From the NCBI GenBank assembly GCA_963703345.1, contig OY969814.1:1152001-1216000 (forward strand): a DNA stretch of 64,000 nt, given 5' to 3'. Under the pieces are notes generated by a model. The model made no database searches, was not told the origin of the DNA, and saw only the letters and a program-made list of their open reading frames with translations. This document shows, piece after piece, positions 17,632 to 27,525 of the stretch. The stretch is from an uncultured Chloroflexia bacterium. GTDB lineage: Bacteria; Chloroflexota; Dehalococcoidia; DSTF01; JALHUB01. The position numbers were made by a program, and so were the translations under genes. Numbering within the stretch: the first letter of the stretch is position 1; every line of letters starts with the position of its first letter.

Positions 17632-18282
17632 CTAAGGGCTCAGGTTGAAGTTGAAGCTGCTCAGCGACTTGAGCGCGTCGTTCGCCGCATCCATAAGGAA
17701 GAAGCCCGGCGCGAAGAAGTTGCTGCTTGTCACGAGCAGCCCAAGCACAATCGCCCAGACGGCGAACCCGGCTAAGTTGCATACCAGCACCGTGCCGGGC
17801 GAAGCGTTGGTAGCCGACTGGACCGCTATCGTCGTTAGTCCGAAGAACAAAGCGATCGACGCTAGCCCGATGCCGAAGTCAAGGCCGGGAATGAACATTA
17901 GAACCGACAACGCCAGCGGCGCTGCGGCCAGACCCATCACTCGCACGAGCTGCTGCACATCTGCCTGAGCGCGGAAGACCTGCGTGAGCAGCACATAGAC
18001 GATCAGTAGCCAGGCTACCCAGAGCCCGATTGAGAAAATGCTGCCCAGGACGAGTGATTGCAGGAAGACCTTGCTCTTGTCGCCGAAGTCCTGCGTCATC
18101 GACCACCACAGCCAGCCTCCCAGGCCGGCAAGGAAGGTCGCGGCGACCGCAACGATGACGGCAGGCACGGTTGCACCCGGGTCCAGACGCACCTCGTCGA
18201 AAACGGTGGTATCGAGGCGGATGAGCCGCAGCAGGCGGTTCATCATCCCCTGCATGTCTGCTTGGGTTACGTTGACGTTCAT
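17632..18282 (-). CDS. Yip1-like multi-pass membrane protein
   Basis: Several hydrophobic helices; LDTTVFDEVRLDPGATVPA start; GAGGAG SD. Confidence 0.7.
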   Translation of the reverse strand: MNVNVTQADMQGMMNRLLRLIRLDTTVFDEVRLDPGATVPAVIVAVAATFLAGLGGWLWWSMTQDFGDKSKVFLQSLVLGSIFSIGLWVAWLLIVYVLLTQVFRAQADVQQLVRVMGLAAAPLALSVLMFIPGLDFGIGLASIALFFGLTTIAVQSATNASPGTVLVCNLAGFAVWAIVLGLLVTSSNFFAPGFFLMDAANDALKSLSSFNFNLSP

Positions 18283-18440
18283 TTTGTTCTCCTCGCCTTT
18301 CGCGTTTGCCGCGTCCTTGCGACGCGTGTCGCCGGTCCGGCTACCTTCAGATAAGCAGCAGCCCTCCTTTCGCTGGCGACCTCCTCCAGCAAGGCTTCCA
18401 AGGCGCGTTCCCAGCGACGGGAACTAAAACCCTAACCTGT

Positions 18441-18468
18441 ATTATCACAGTAACAATTACTTTGTCAA
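18441..18468 (-). promoter_or_regulatory. Promoter with palindromic operator-like site
   Basis: TTGACA-16bp-GATAAT with a TG extension; AGTAA-CAA-TTACT inverted repeat (18449-18461) in the spacer. Confidence 0.5.
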
Positions 18469-19193
18469 AGGGGTCTCTTTGCGGGAATTCCCGCGCGACG
18501 GGGATAGCGCGAAGGCGTTGAGACAAGCTTCTCGACCAGGACGAGCCGCTGCGTCGAAATCCCTCCGGGCGCGTTTAGTGGCTCGCTCGACACGACGGCG
18601 CCACCAAGCACGTCCAGCGCCCGCCGCGACGCCCCGATCTCGGGCAAAGTACCGCTTCCCTTTGGCGCGGCCAGGTGCCCGCCGACGCGCAGGAACGGCA
18701 ACGTCAGCTCCAGCAGCACCGGCAGCGGCGCCAGCGCCCGCGCCAGCGCCAGGTCGAACCGCTCCCGATAGGCCGGGTCACGGCCGGCGTCCTCCGCCCG
18801 CGCTGTGATGATCTCGACGTCGTCGATCGCCAGCGCGTAGAGCAGCTCGCCGAGGAAGACGGCGGTGCGCTGTCGTGCGTCGAGGACAGTGAGTCGTAGC
18901 TGCGGCAGCAGAACCTTCAGCGGCAGGCCGGGGACGCCGGCTCCCGTGCCCACGTCGATCACCCGCAACGAGATACTGTCGTCCACGATGCCTCTGGTGA
19001 AGAGAGCGCGGGCCAGCGCCAGCGACTCCAGGAAGTGGCGCTGCTCGATTCCCTCCCTGATGCCTATCGCGGTGACGCCGGCGCGCCTTCCCGATGACAG
19101 CATCAGGTCGGCATAGCGCTCGAACGCCGCAAACTGCTCTCCGCTTAGCTCGAAGCCCAGCGCGCAGGCGCCTTCGGTCAGGACCTTCGACAT
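18465..19193 (-). CDS. rsmG: 16S rRNA m7G527 methyltransferase
   Basis: RHFLESL, IDVGTGAGVPGLPL, RAEDAG, YPRRAGIPAKRPL. Confidence 0.95.
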   Translation of the reverse strand: MSKVLTEGACALGFELSGEQFAAFERYADLMLSSGRRAGVTAIGIREGIEQRHFLESLALARALFTRGIVDDSISLRVIDVGTGAGVPGLPLKVLLPQLRLTVLDARQRTAVFLGELLYALAIDDVEIITARAEDAGRDPAYRERFDLALARALAPLPVLLELTLPFLRVGGHLAAPKGSGTLPEIGASRRALDVLGGAVVSSEPLNAPGGISTQRLVLVEKLVSTPSRYPRRAGIPAKRPL

Positions 19194-19256
19194 GGCGCAC
19201 CTTCGCCAAGGAATCCCACCGATTATAGCACCCGTCCCTCCGGAGTAGCGTCCAAT

Positions 19257-19285
19257 TTGACACCCCCTCTGAAGCTGCCTAAAAT
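19257..19285 (+). promoter_or_regulatory. Sigma70-type promoter of the extended GreA gene
   Basis: TTGACA-17bp-TAAAAT. Confidence 0.75.
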
Positions 19286-19309
19286 CGAAAACCAAAGGGG
19301 GACAGCGAG

Positions 19310-20110
19310 ATTCCGGAAGAATCGCCGACTCTACGGGAGGCAGCGGAGATGTTCCTCGCCGGATTGCCGGCAGAGGAGCGAAAGGAAGTCCAGCCGGAAG
19401 TTCACCGCTTCGTGCGCTGGTACGGCACCGAACGCCGTCTCTCCGAGCTCAACAGCCACGAAGTCTCCAAGTACCCCGACAGCCTGGGGATGACCCTTGC
19501 CGATGCCGCCCGCAAGCTGGAGCCGGTGCGCTCATTCCTCACCTTCGCCAAGAAGAAGGGCTTCACGCCGGCGAACCTGGCCGTGCAGATAAGGCCGCCC
19601 AAGCAGGCAAAGGCTCAGGTCCGACCGCGTCGCCGTGTGGAAAGAACGCCAGAAACGCTCACGCCCGAAGGCATCGCCGCGTTGGGATTGGAGCTGGAAG
19701 AGCTGCGCTCACGGCGGCCGCTTCTGGCCTCTGAGTTGCAGCGCGCCATGTCCGACAAGGACTTCCGCGAGAATGCCCCGCTAGACGCCCTGCGCGACCA
19801 GCAGGGCCACCTGGAGTCGCGCATTCGTGACGTCGAAGCGGCGCTGCACAACCACGTGCTCGTCGAGAAGCTGGGCCGGCCGAGGTCGGAGGTGGAGATT
19901 GGCGCTACTGTGCACCTGCGCAATCTCAAGTCGGGCGCGACTCTTCGCTACACCGTCGTCAGTCCCCGCGAGGTGAACGCCGGCGAAGGCAAGATATCAA
20001 TCGATTCGCCGATGGGACGGGCGCTTGTTAGCCGCCGGGAGGGCGAGGAGGTGGAGGTGACCGCGCCGGCCGGATCGCTCCATTTCCGCATCGAAAAGAT
20101 CGAAGAGTAA
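19310..20110 (+). CDS. GreA-family protein with N-terminal helical extension; probable ATT start (first ATG 19349)
   Basis: C-terminal Gre domain LTPEG..KDFRENAPL..ISIDSPMGRAL; N-terminal ~100 aa ending FLTFAKKKGFTPANLA. Confidence 0.85.
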   Translation: MPEESPTLREAAEMFLAGLPAEERKEVQPEVHRFVRWYGTERRLSELNSHEVSKYPDSLGMTLADAARKLEPVRSFLTFAKKKGFTPANLAVQIRPPKQAKAQVRPRRRVERTPETLTPEGIAALGLELEELRSRRPLLASELQRAMSDKDFRENAPLDALRDQQGHLESRIRDVEAALHNHVLVEKLGRPRSEVEIGATVHLRNLKSGATLRYTVVSPREVNAGEGKISIDSPMGRALVSRREGEEVEVTAPAGSLHFRIEKIEE

Positions 20111-20266
20111 GCGGTAAGCGACAGCAAAATCAGTCTGCTGTCGCATTTTCAACCAATATGTGATACTATTCACATTCGAAGGGACAAAAGGCGCTCCGAG
20201 TATCGGTAAGAGCGTGCGGGCATCTGGAGGGTGATGGGTCTGTCATCCGCTGCTGGGAGAATGACG

Positions 20267-21412
20267 ATGACCACCAGGATTGACCAGTACGAATACATCC
20301 CCGGGTTGGCCGGCGTTCCGGTCACGAAGTCACGCATCAGCGACATCGACGGCCATCGGGGCATCCTCAAGCTGCGCGGCTACACGATCCAGGACCTCGC
20401 CGAGCACAGCACATACGAAGAGACGGCCTACCTCATCCTCAAGGGCGAGTTGCCCAGCACCGGCCAGCTCGACGCCTTCAAGAAAGAGCTCGCCGAGTAC
20501 CGCGCCGTCGAGCCGACGATCCTTGACATAATCAAGCTCTTTCCCAAGACGGCGCACCCCATGTCCGCGCTCCAGACCGGCGTGGCCGCCATGGGCCTCT
20601 TCTACCCGCGCAACACCGACGACGCGGAGATTAACCATCAGGCGACGGTCCGGCTCATCGCCCAGGTTCCGACGATTCTAGCTGCCTTCCAGAACGTGCG
20701 CCAGGGGAGAGACCCGATTCCGCCCCTGGACGATCTGAGCCACTCCGCCAACTTTCTGTACATGATTAACGGTGAGCTTCCTGACCCGCTTGTCGAGAAG
20801 ATCTTCGACGTCTGCCTGATCCTGCACATCGAGCACACCGTCAACGCCTCCACCTTCACGTCAATGGTCGCCTGCTCGACGCTGGCGGATCCGTACAGCA
20901 CCGTTGCGGCAGCCATCGCCTCACTGAGCGGGCCGCTGCACGGCGGTGCCAACGAGCGCGTCCTGCGCATGCTCCAGGAGATCGGCTCCGTCGACAACGC
21001 GCGAAGGGCGATTCAGGACAAGATAGCCGACAAGGAAGTGATCTTCGGCATGGGACACCGCGAGTACAAGACGATGGACCCGCGTGCGACCATCCTTAAG
21101 GGCCTCTGCGTGCCCCTGTTCGACAAGTTCGGCTGCACGCCTCTGTACGACATCGCCGTCGAAGTGGAGACAGTGGCAGCGGAACGCCTGGGCGAGCGCG
21201 GCATCTGGCCGAACGTCGATTTCTACTCCGGCATCGTCTACGATATGATGGGGATACCCGTCGACCTGTTCACGCCGGTATTCGCCGTGTCGCGCGTCGC
21301 CGGCTGGGTAGCGCACTGGGCGGAGCAGCTCAGCGACAACCGCATCTTCCGCCCAACGCAGATCTACGAGGGGCACGACTCCCGCCCTTACATCCCCATC
21401 ACCGCCCGCTAG
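20267..21412 (+). CDS. gltA: Citrate synthase (Si-type)
   Basis: PGLAGV, HPM, EHTVNASTF, GPLHGGANE, GMGHREY, PNVDFYSG. Confidence 0.93.
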   Translation: MTTRIDQYEYIPGLAGVPVTKSRISDIDGHRGILKLRGYTIQDLAEHSTYEETAYLILKGELPSTGQLDAFKKELAEYRAVEPTILDIIKLFPKTAHPMSALQTGVAAMGLFYPRNTDDAEINHQATVRLIAQVPTILAAFQNVRQGRDPIPPLDDLSHSANFLYMINGELPDPLVEKIFDVCLILHIEHTVNASTFTSMVACSTLADPYSTVAAAIASLSGPLHGGANERVLRMLQEIGSVDNARRAIQDKIADKEVIFGMGHREYKTMDPRATILKGLCVPLFDKFGCTPLYDIAVEVETVAAERLGERGIWPNVDFYSGIVYDMMGIPVDLFTPVFAVSRVAGWVAHWAEQLSDNRIFRPTQIYEGHDSRPYIPITAR

Positions 21413-22029
21413 CTGGCCGGAGGGCTTTCCAGGGGCAGCCCGGCCTCCAGGTGCGCGAAGGCGGGGTCTATCAGCCCCAGAACGTCGGCCGACGGGTCTT
21501 CGGCGGCGCGGAGCATGGCCGGCAGGCACACGCCGAGCACAGCGCCCGCGAAATTCTGCACGGCGAAATCATCCGCCGGACATCCCAGGCGCTCTGCCAG
21601 CAGTTCGGCGAGGAGTTGAAGCCCTCCCGCAAGCTGTCCCATCCAGGACGCCCGCAGCTCGGGAACCGAGAGGAACAGCTTCGCGCGCTCTCGCTGCTGC
21701 GCAAGCTCTTCCGTGGGCAGGCTCTTGAGGACGGCCCGAAACGCGGCCCGAAGCGCCTGTATCGGGCTGAGCTCCAGTGGCTGAGCCCGGAATGCCGCGA
21801 TGAGCATTGGGTCGAGGACGTCGTAAAGCACGACGTGTTCTTTCGACGAGAAGTAGCGGAAGAAAGTGCTCGGCGAAACCTCCGCCGCGGCCGCAATCTG
21901 CTCCACCGTCGTCGCCGCGTAACCGTGTTCGCGGAAAAGGCGTAACGCCTCCTGCTGAATCGCCGCGCGGGTTTTAAGCTTTTTGCGTTCGCGGAGGCCC
22001 GTCGCCTGACACTCACTATTCAAACGCAT
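21409..22029 (-). CDS. TetR family regulator
   Basis: GLRERKKLKTR..GYAATTVEQIAAAAEVSPSTFFRYFSSKE HTH; coupled to the MFS gene. Confidence 0.92.
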   Translation of the reverse strand: MRLNSECQATGLRERKKLKTRAAIQQEALRLFREHGYAATTVEQIAAAAEVSPSTFFRYFSSKEHVVLYDVLDPMLIAAFRAQPLELSPIQALRAAFRAVLKSLPTEELAQQRERAKLFLSVPELRASWMGQLAGGLQLLAELLAERLGCPADDFAVQNFAGAVLGVCLPAMLRAAEDPSADVLGLIDPAFAHLEAGLPLESPPAS

Positions 22030-23593
22030 TGTCGGCCCCCAATCTCGGCTGCTCGGCCTGGTTTTCCTTCGGCTGGATGACCCGATTGGGAAGCCACACG
22101 AGCGCAACAAGAGCGCTGGCCGCAATGAATGCCGCGCCAACCTCCAGTCCCTGGCTCATGCCGTGGATGAAGGCGCCCTTCGCCACCGTGGCGATCGCGT
22201 CACCCTGAGACCCGCCGACGGCGTTCCCAACGGCTATGGCGCCTCCGACGGAGCTCTTCGCTGTGGCGAGGGCGCTCGGCGGAAGCGCGCCTAAGGATGA
22301 CGCAATCGATGATCGATACGTGGATGTGAGGATGCTTCCCAAAATCGCGACGCCGAGCGCGCCGCCGATCTGCCGCGTCGTGGCGTTTGTGGCTGAACCG
22401 ACCCCGGCCTTGGCCAGCGGCAGCGAGCCCATTATCGAGCTCGTCGCCGGCACCATTGCCAGGAACAGACCGATGGCCATGAAGATAAGGGCTATCAGCG
22501 AGTGCCCATAACCCGAATCCAGGGTCGTTTTCGAAAAGTAGTAGGTTGCTCCCGCCGCGATAAGCATGCCGCCGGCGATTGAAGCCTTGTTGCCAAAGCG
22601 CTCGGCAACGCGAGGAGAGATTGGCGACATCACCAGCATCGTCACGACCATCGGCAGGAGGCGGATGCCCGTCTCCAAAGGCGAGTAGCCCAGGACGAAC
22701 TGGAAGTACTGAGTCAGGAAGAACAACGCCGAGGAGAGGGCGAAAAACGTCAGGGTGACGGTTGCGTTCGCCGCGGAGAAGCTGCGGTTTCGGAAGAACC
22801 GCAAGTTCAGCATCGGATGGTCGCAGCGGATTTCCCACGCGGCGAACGACGCCAGGACGGCCGCCGCCAGCGCGAAGGCGCTCATGATCTCTCCTGAGCT
22901 CCAGCCCCTCGTCGGCACCTCGATGATCCCGTAAACCAGCGCGATCAGGCCGACGATCGACAGCACTGACCCGACGGGGTCGGCCCGGGGCGCTTCCGGG
23001 TCGCGGCTGTTCGGCAGGATGAGTTGTCCCGACACAAACGCGACGATCACCACCGGTACGTTAATCAGGAACACGGAGCCCCAGAAGAAGTTCTCCAGCA
23101 GCCAGCCGCCAAGAATGGGACCCAGGGCCAACCCGATGGCCGACATACCGGCCCAGACGCCGATGGCGCGAGCACGCTCCTCATGCGGGAAGGCGTTGGT
23201 GAGAATCGAAAGCGTCGAAGGCAGCATCGCCGCCGCCCCGACGCCCATGACGGCGCGCGCCAGAATAAGCATATTCGACGACTGAGCAAACGCCGACGCG
23301 CAGGAGCCCGCCCCGAAGATGACGAGCCCGAGCTGGAGAGTTGAGCGGCGCCCGAACCGGTCTCCCAGGCTTCCCATCGTCAGGAGAAGCGCCGCGAATA
23401 GCAGGATGTAGGAGTCGACCATCCACTGGAGTTGCGTCTCTGATGCGTGGAGATCGCGAACCAACGTGGGCAGAGCGACGTTCAGGATGAAGTTGTCCAT
23501 TCCGATGATAACGACGCTCAGGCAGAGGACGCCGAGGATCCACCACCTCCGCTCATAGCTCGCCGACTGCCGGATCTTGTCTGAGGCCGTCAT
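22016..23593 (-). CDS. DHA2 (EmrB/QacA) MFS efflux transporter
   Basis: DNFILNVALP, GSLGDRFGRR, WGSVFLINVP, long hydrophobic profile. Confidence 0.93.
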   Translation of the reverse strand: MTASDKIRQSASYERRWWILGVLCLSVVIIGMDNFILNVALPTLVRDLHASETQLQWMVDSYILLFAALLLTMGSLGDRFGRRSTLQLGLVIFGAGSCASAFAQSSNMLILARAVMGVGAAAMLPSTLSILTNAFPHEERARAIGVWAGMSAIGLALGPILGGWLLENFFWGSVFLINVPVVIVAFVSGQLILPNSRDPEAPRADPVGSVLSIVGLIALVYGIIEVPTRGWSSGEIMSAFALAAAVLASFAAWEIRCDHPMLNLRFFRNRSFSAANATVTLTFFALSSALFFLTQYFQFVLGYSPLETGIRLLPMVVTMLVMSPISPRVAERFGNKASIAGGMLIAAGATYYFSKTTLDSGYGHSLIALIFMAIGLFLAMVPATSSIMGSLPLAKAGVGSATNATTRQIGGALGVAILGSILTSTYRSSIASSLGALPPSALATAKSSVGGAIAVGNAVGGSQGDAIATVAKGAFIHGMSQGLEVGAAFIAASALVALVWLPNRVIQPKENQAEQPRLGADNAFE

Positions 23594-23618
23594 TGCTTCG
23601 CCTTTCGCGGTATGTTAG

Positions 23619-23652
23619 TGAAAGTCTATGCCAAATGATAGTAACCGTCAAA
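23619..23652 (-). promoter_or_regulatory. MFS-tetR promoter overlapped by tandem operator-like boxes
   Basis: TTGACG-17bp-TAGACT (23651-23623); tandem 17-mers TGAAAGTCTATGCCAAA / TGATAGTAACCGTCAAA. Confidence 0.6.
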
Positions 23653-23729
23653 TTAACAGGAGCCCTCCGCCTTGACCCGCTCGATCGGAACAGGCTAATC
23701 TCAGGACAGAGACTCGAGGTGAGAGGGAT

Positions 23730-25457
23730 ATGCCGAGTCTGCGCGTCGGCCTCGCCCAGATCAACGTCACCGTCGGCGACTTCAAAGGGAACGTAGCGAA
23801 GATACTCGGCTGCGTAGAGCATGCGCGCTCTCTCGCTGTCGACCTGCTGACTTTCCCTGAGCTGGCGATCCCCGGCTATCCGCCGGAGGACCTCCTCCTG
23901 CGGCCGCAGTTCGTCCGCGACAACCTGGACGCCCTAAACGACGTTGTGAAGGGGAGCGCCGGAATCACATTGGTCGTTGGCTTCGTCGATTCCGAGCAGG
24001 ACATCTACGACGCCGCGGCGATCGTTCATGACGGAAAGCTCGTCGATGTGTACCGCAAGCAGTACCTGCCGAACTACGGCGTCTTCGACGAAGACCGCTA
24101 CTTCGAGCCGGGCAAGCGCGTCGCCGTCCACGAGATCGCCGGCGTGGTAGTCGGCGTCAACATCTGCGAAGACATCTGGTACCCGGAAGGCCCGGCGCAG
24201 GCCCAGGCGTATGCGGGCGCGCAGGTCATCACGAACGTCAGCGCGTCACCATTCCAGGCCGGCAAGCGCCCCTTCCGCGAGCGCATGCTTTCGACCCGCG
24301 CGAGCGACGCCGCGGCGATGCTCTGCTACAACAACATCGTCGGCGGCCAGGATGAGCTGGTGTTCGATGGCAACAGCATGGTCTTCGGGCCGGAAGGTGA
24401 CATTATCGGCCGCGCCTGCTCCTTCGAGGAAGACCTGCTGGTTTGCGATCTGGACATGGACCAGGTCATGAAGGCGCGGCTGCACGCTCCCCGCCGGCGC
24501 AAGGGCGTCGCCACGAGCGGCGCTGCGCCGGAGAAAATCCACATCTCGTCAGCACCCTTTGTCACCGACAAACCGCCGCTTCCAGAGCGACACGTCGAGC
24601 CGCTGGAGGGCGTCGCGGAGGTCTACGCGGCGCTGGTCGTCGGCACGCGCGACTACGTGCGCAAGAACGGCTTCAGCAAGGTAGTAATCGGCCTTTCCGG
24701 TGGCGTTGACTCCAGCCTGGTCGCGGCCATCGCCGTCGACGCCCTGGGGTCGGAGAACGTCATAGGCGTTTCGATGCCGTCGCGGTTCTCCTCGCCGGGA
24801 AGTCGCAGCGACGCTCAGACCCTCGCCGAGAGGCTGGGCATTCGCCTCATAACGATTCCCATCGAAGAGGCGTTCAGCGCCTACCAAGACATGCTTTCGG
24901 AGCCATTCGCCGGCACCGAGTTCGGGATCGCGGAGGAAAACCTGCAGACGCGAATTCGGGGCAACATCCTGATGGGGCTCTCCAACAAGTTCGGCTGGCT
25001 GGTGCTCACGACGGGCAACAAGAGCGAGATGGCGACGGGCTACTCGACGCTCTACGGCGACATGGCGGGCGGGTTCGCCGTTATCAAGGACGTGCCGAAG
25101 ACGCTGGTTTACAGGCTGGCGGAGTACCGCAACGCTCGCGACGGCAAGCCCGTCATCCCGCCCGAAGTCATCGCGAAAGTACCCTCAGCAGAACTGAGGC
25201 CGAACCAGGCCGACACCGACACGCTGCCGCCCTATGAACTGCTGGATCCCATCCTCACGGCGTACGTCGAGGAGGACAAGAGCATGGCCGACCTGCTGGC
25301 CGCCGGCTTCGACGAAGAGACCGTGAAACGCGTCATCACGATGGTCAACCGAAACGAGTACAAGCGCCGGCAAGCGCCGCCCGGCGTCAAGATCACGCCG
25401 CGTGCGTTCGGCCGCGACCGGCGTCTGCCCATCGCCAACCGCTATCGGGGCTGGTAG
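23730..25457 (+). CDS. nadE: Glutamine-dependent NAD+ synthetase
   Basis: Nitrilase domain (FPEL, ICEDIW) plus GLSGGVDS, TGNKSE, EYKRRQAPPG. Confidence 0.97.
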   Translation: MPSLRVGLAQINVTVGDFKGNVAKILGCVEHARSLAVDLLTFPELAIPGYPPEDLLLRPQFVRDNLDALNDVVKGSAGITLVVGFVDSEQDIYDAAAIVHDGKLVDVYRKQYLPNYGVFDEDRYFEPGKRVAVHEIAGVVVGVNICEDIWYPEGPAQAQAYAGAQVITNVSASPFQAGKRPFRERMLSTRASDAAAMLCYNNIVGGQDELVFDGNSMVFGPEGDIIGRACSFEEDLLVCDLDMDQVMKARLHAPRRRKGVATSGAAPEKIHISSAPFVTDKPPLPERHVEPLEGVAEVYAALVVGTRDYVRKNGFSKVVIGLSGGVDSSLVAAIAVDALGSENVIGVSMPSRFSSPGSRSDAQTLAERLGIRLITIPIEEAFSAYQDMLSEPFAGTEFGIAEENLQTRIRGNILMGLSNKFGWLVLTTGNKSEMATGYSTLYGDMAGGFAVIKDVPKTLVYRLAEYRNARDGKPVIPPEVIAKVPSAELRPNQADTDTLPPYELLDPILTAYVEEDKSMADLLAAGFDEETVKRVITMVNRNEYKRRQAPPGVKITPRAFGRDRRLPIANRYRGW

Positions 25458-25471
25458 GGGCGTCGAGAGCG

Positions 25472-26677
25472 ATGCCGAAGGGCCGCGCCGCCCCCCAGGC
25501 CTTCACACACGTCCGCGTCATCACGCCAGAGACCGAGATTCCCGATGGCACCGTCCTTGTCGCAGAGGGGCGCATTCTCCACGCCGGCGTGGGCGCGCCC
25601 CCCGACAGCGTATCTGCCTGGGACCTGCGCGGCCTCACCGTCGCGCCCGGCTTCATCGACTTGCACGTTCACGGCGGCGGCGGCTTCTCGCTCGCTGAGG
25701 GCGACCCCGAGCAGATACGCGAATATGCGCGCTGGGCGGCGGCAGGAGGCGTCACCGGATTCCTCGTCACGCTGCTGCCGGATGAGCGACGACGGCTCGT
25801 CGAGTACGTGGAATCGGCGGCCAACGCGTGCGACGGCGAGATCGGCGGAGCGAGACCGCTGGGCATCAACCTGGAAGGGCCGTTCCTGAACGCGTTGCGA
25901 TGCGGCGCTCTTGATCCCGACGTCCTGCGCCCGGCTGACGTGGCCGAGCTGCGTGAATACCTTCTGGCCGCGAGAGGTCTTCTCCGCATCATGACGATTG
26001 CGCCGGAGCTGCCGGGTGCCGCCGCCATCGCCGAAGCCGTCGGGGCCGGCGTTGCCGTCGCCCTCGGCCACAGCGACGCGACCTACGACGAAGCCATGCG
26101 CGCCTTCTCGCTCGGCGTCGGGCACGTCACCCATTGCTTCAACGCCATGCGTCCCTTCCACCAGCGAGAGCCAGGCTGTCTAGGCGCCGCCTTAAACGCG
26201 CACGACGTGACCGCCGAGCTGATAGCCGACGGCGTGCACGTGCACCCGGCCGCGATGGAGATGCTGTTGCGACTCAAGGGCGTCGAGAAGACCGTGCTCA
26301 TCACCGATGCCATCGCCGTCGCCGGAATCGGGGACGGGGAGTTCGAATTGCAGGGCGCGCGCGTCGAAGTGAAGGACGGCGTCGCGCGCCGAGCCGACGG
26401 CCGGCTCGGCGGCAGCACAGCGACGATGGATGCGATGGTGCGGAACGCGGCTCGCTGGTTGGCCGTGAGCGAAGCGGAAGCGATCCGGATGGCCACGCTC
26501 AACCCGGCGTCGGTCATCGGCGTGGCGGACCGCAAGGGCAGGATTGCGCCGGGCTACGACGCCGACCTCGTCGTGCTGTCGCCCGAGCTGAACGTGGAGA
26601 TGACTTTCATCGCCGGCGAGATGGTCTACGAGCGTCAACCCCCGGCGTTGAGGCGATCAACGTATTCGACCACTTGA
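25472..26677 (+). CDS. nagA: N-acetylglucosamine-6-phosphate deacetylase
   Basis: PGFIDLHVHG, LEGPF, THCFNAM, IADGVHV, ITDA. Confidence 0.93.
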   Translation: MPKGRAAPQAFTHVRVITPETEIPDGTVLVAEGRILHAGVGAPPDSVSAWDLRGLTVAPGFIDLHVHGGGGFSLAEGDPEQIREYARWAAAGGVTGFLVTLLPDERRRLVEYVESAANACDGEIGGARPLGINLEGPFLNALRCGALDPDVLRPADVAELREYLLAARGLLRIMTIAPELPGAAAIAEAVGAGVAVALGHSDATYDEAMRAFSLGVGHVTHCFNAMRPFHQREPGCLGAALNAHDVTAELIADGVHVHPAAMEMLLRLKGVEKTVLITDAIAVAGIGDGEFELQGARVEVKDGVARRADGRLGGSTATMDAMVRNAARWLAVSEAEAIRMATLNPASVIGVADRKGRIAPGYDADLVVLSPELNVEMTFIAGEMVYERQPPALRRSTYSTT

Positions 26678-27366
26678 GACAGCTTATCGACGATGAGGTC
26701 CGGCTTCGCGTCGCCCGGGTCCTCCTGCCGGTACTGCCACGTCAGCACCGCCTTCATCCCCAGCGCCTGCGCGCCTCTGATGTCCGCCAGGACCGTATCG
26801 CCGACGAAGACCGCTTCTTCCGGCCGGACGTTCAGGCGGCGCAGCGCCTCTTCGAAGATGGCCGGATGCGGCTTCCCCCAGCCGACTTCCGACGACACGA
26901 CGAGCGCGTCGATGTTGCGGAGGAGCCCGAAACGCCGCAGGCTCTTCGCCAGCGAGCGGCTCGACTGGTAGGTGTTGGAGACGACGCCCACGCGCAGTCC
27001 TCGTTCCTCGAGGGCGCGCAGGGCTTCCGCTGTGTCCGGATCGACGTAGTAGCGGATGCCGTAGGAGAGGGTCTCCTCCGCCATCTCCCGCAGCGATTGC
27101 TCCAGCACGTCCAACCCCAGCGATTCGAACGCTTCCTTGAACACCTGCTCGGTGGGCTTCTGCTCCAGGTTGCCGCCGTCGTACGCCTGGCCCTCGCGCA
27201 GGAAGACCGCTGCGACCGCGTCGCGCAGGATGGCCGCCGGCGGAATTGGCTCGCCCAGCTCTTTGAAGAGACGGCGCCGCAGCCGGTCGTACGCTTCCGG
27301 CTCGCCGCCGTAGTCGACGTCCCACATCGTGTAGCCGAGGTCGAAGATGACGGCTCGAATCTTCAT
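26635..27366 (-). CDS. HAD family hydrolase
   Basis: FDLGYT, VSN, KPHPAIF, VGDTVLADIRGA. Confidence 0.9.
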   Translation of the reverse strand: MKIRAVIFDLGYTMWDVDYGGEPEAYDRLRRRLFKELGEPIPPAAILRDAVAAVFLREGQAYDGGNLEQKPTEQVFKEAFESLGLDVLEQSLREMAEETLSYGIRYYVDPDTAEALRALEERGLRVGVVSNTYQSSRSLAKSLRRFGLLRNIDALVVSSEVGWGKPHPAIFEEALRRLNVRPEEAVFVGDTVLADIRGAQALGMKAVLTWQYRQEDPGDAKPDLIVDKLSQVVEYVDRLNAGG

Positions 27367-27525
27367 GTCCCCTCATCCCTGACGGACGGAATGCCACGCT
27401 ACCTGCTTCCAGTATCGCAGAATAGCGCCGAATCGGTCAGCGAGTCCGTGTGAAAAGCGGCGCACTGCATGGAGAACTGCCGGTCAAGGTGGTAATATGA
27501 GGGCGCGCAGGAGGCGCAAGGGACG

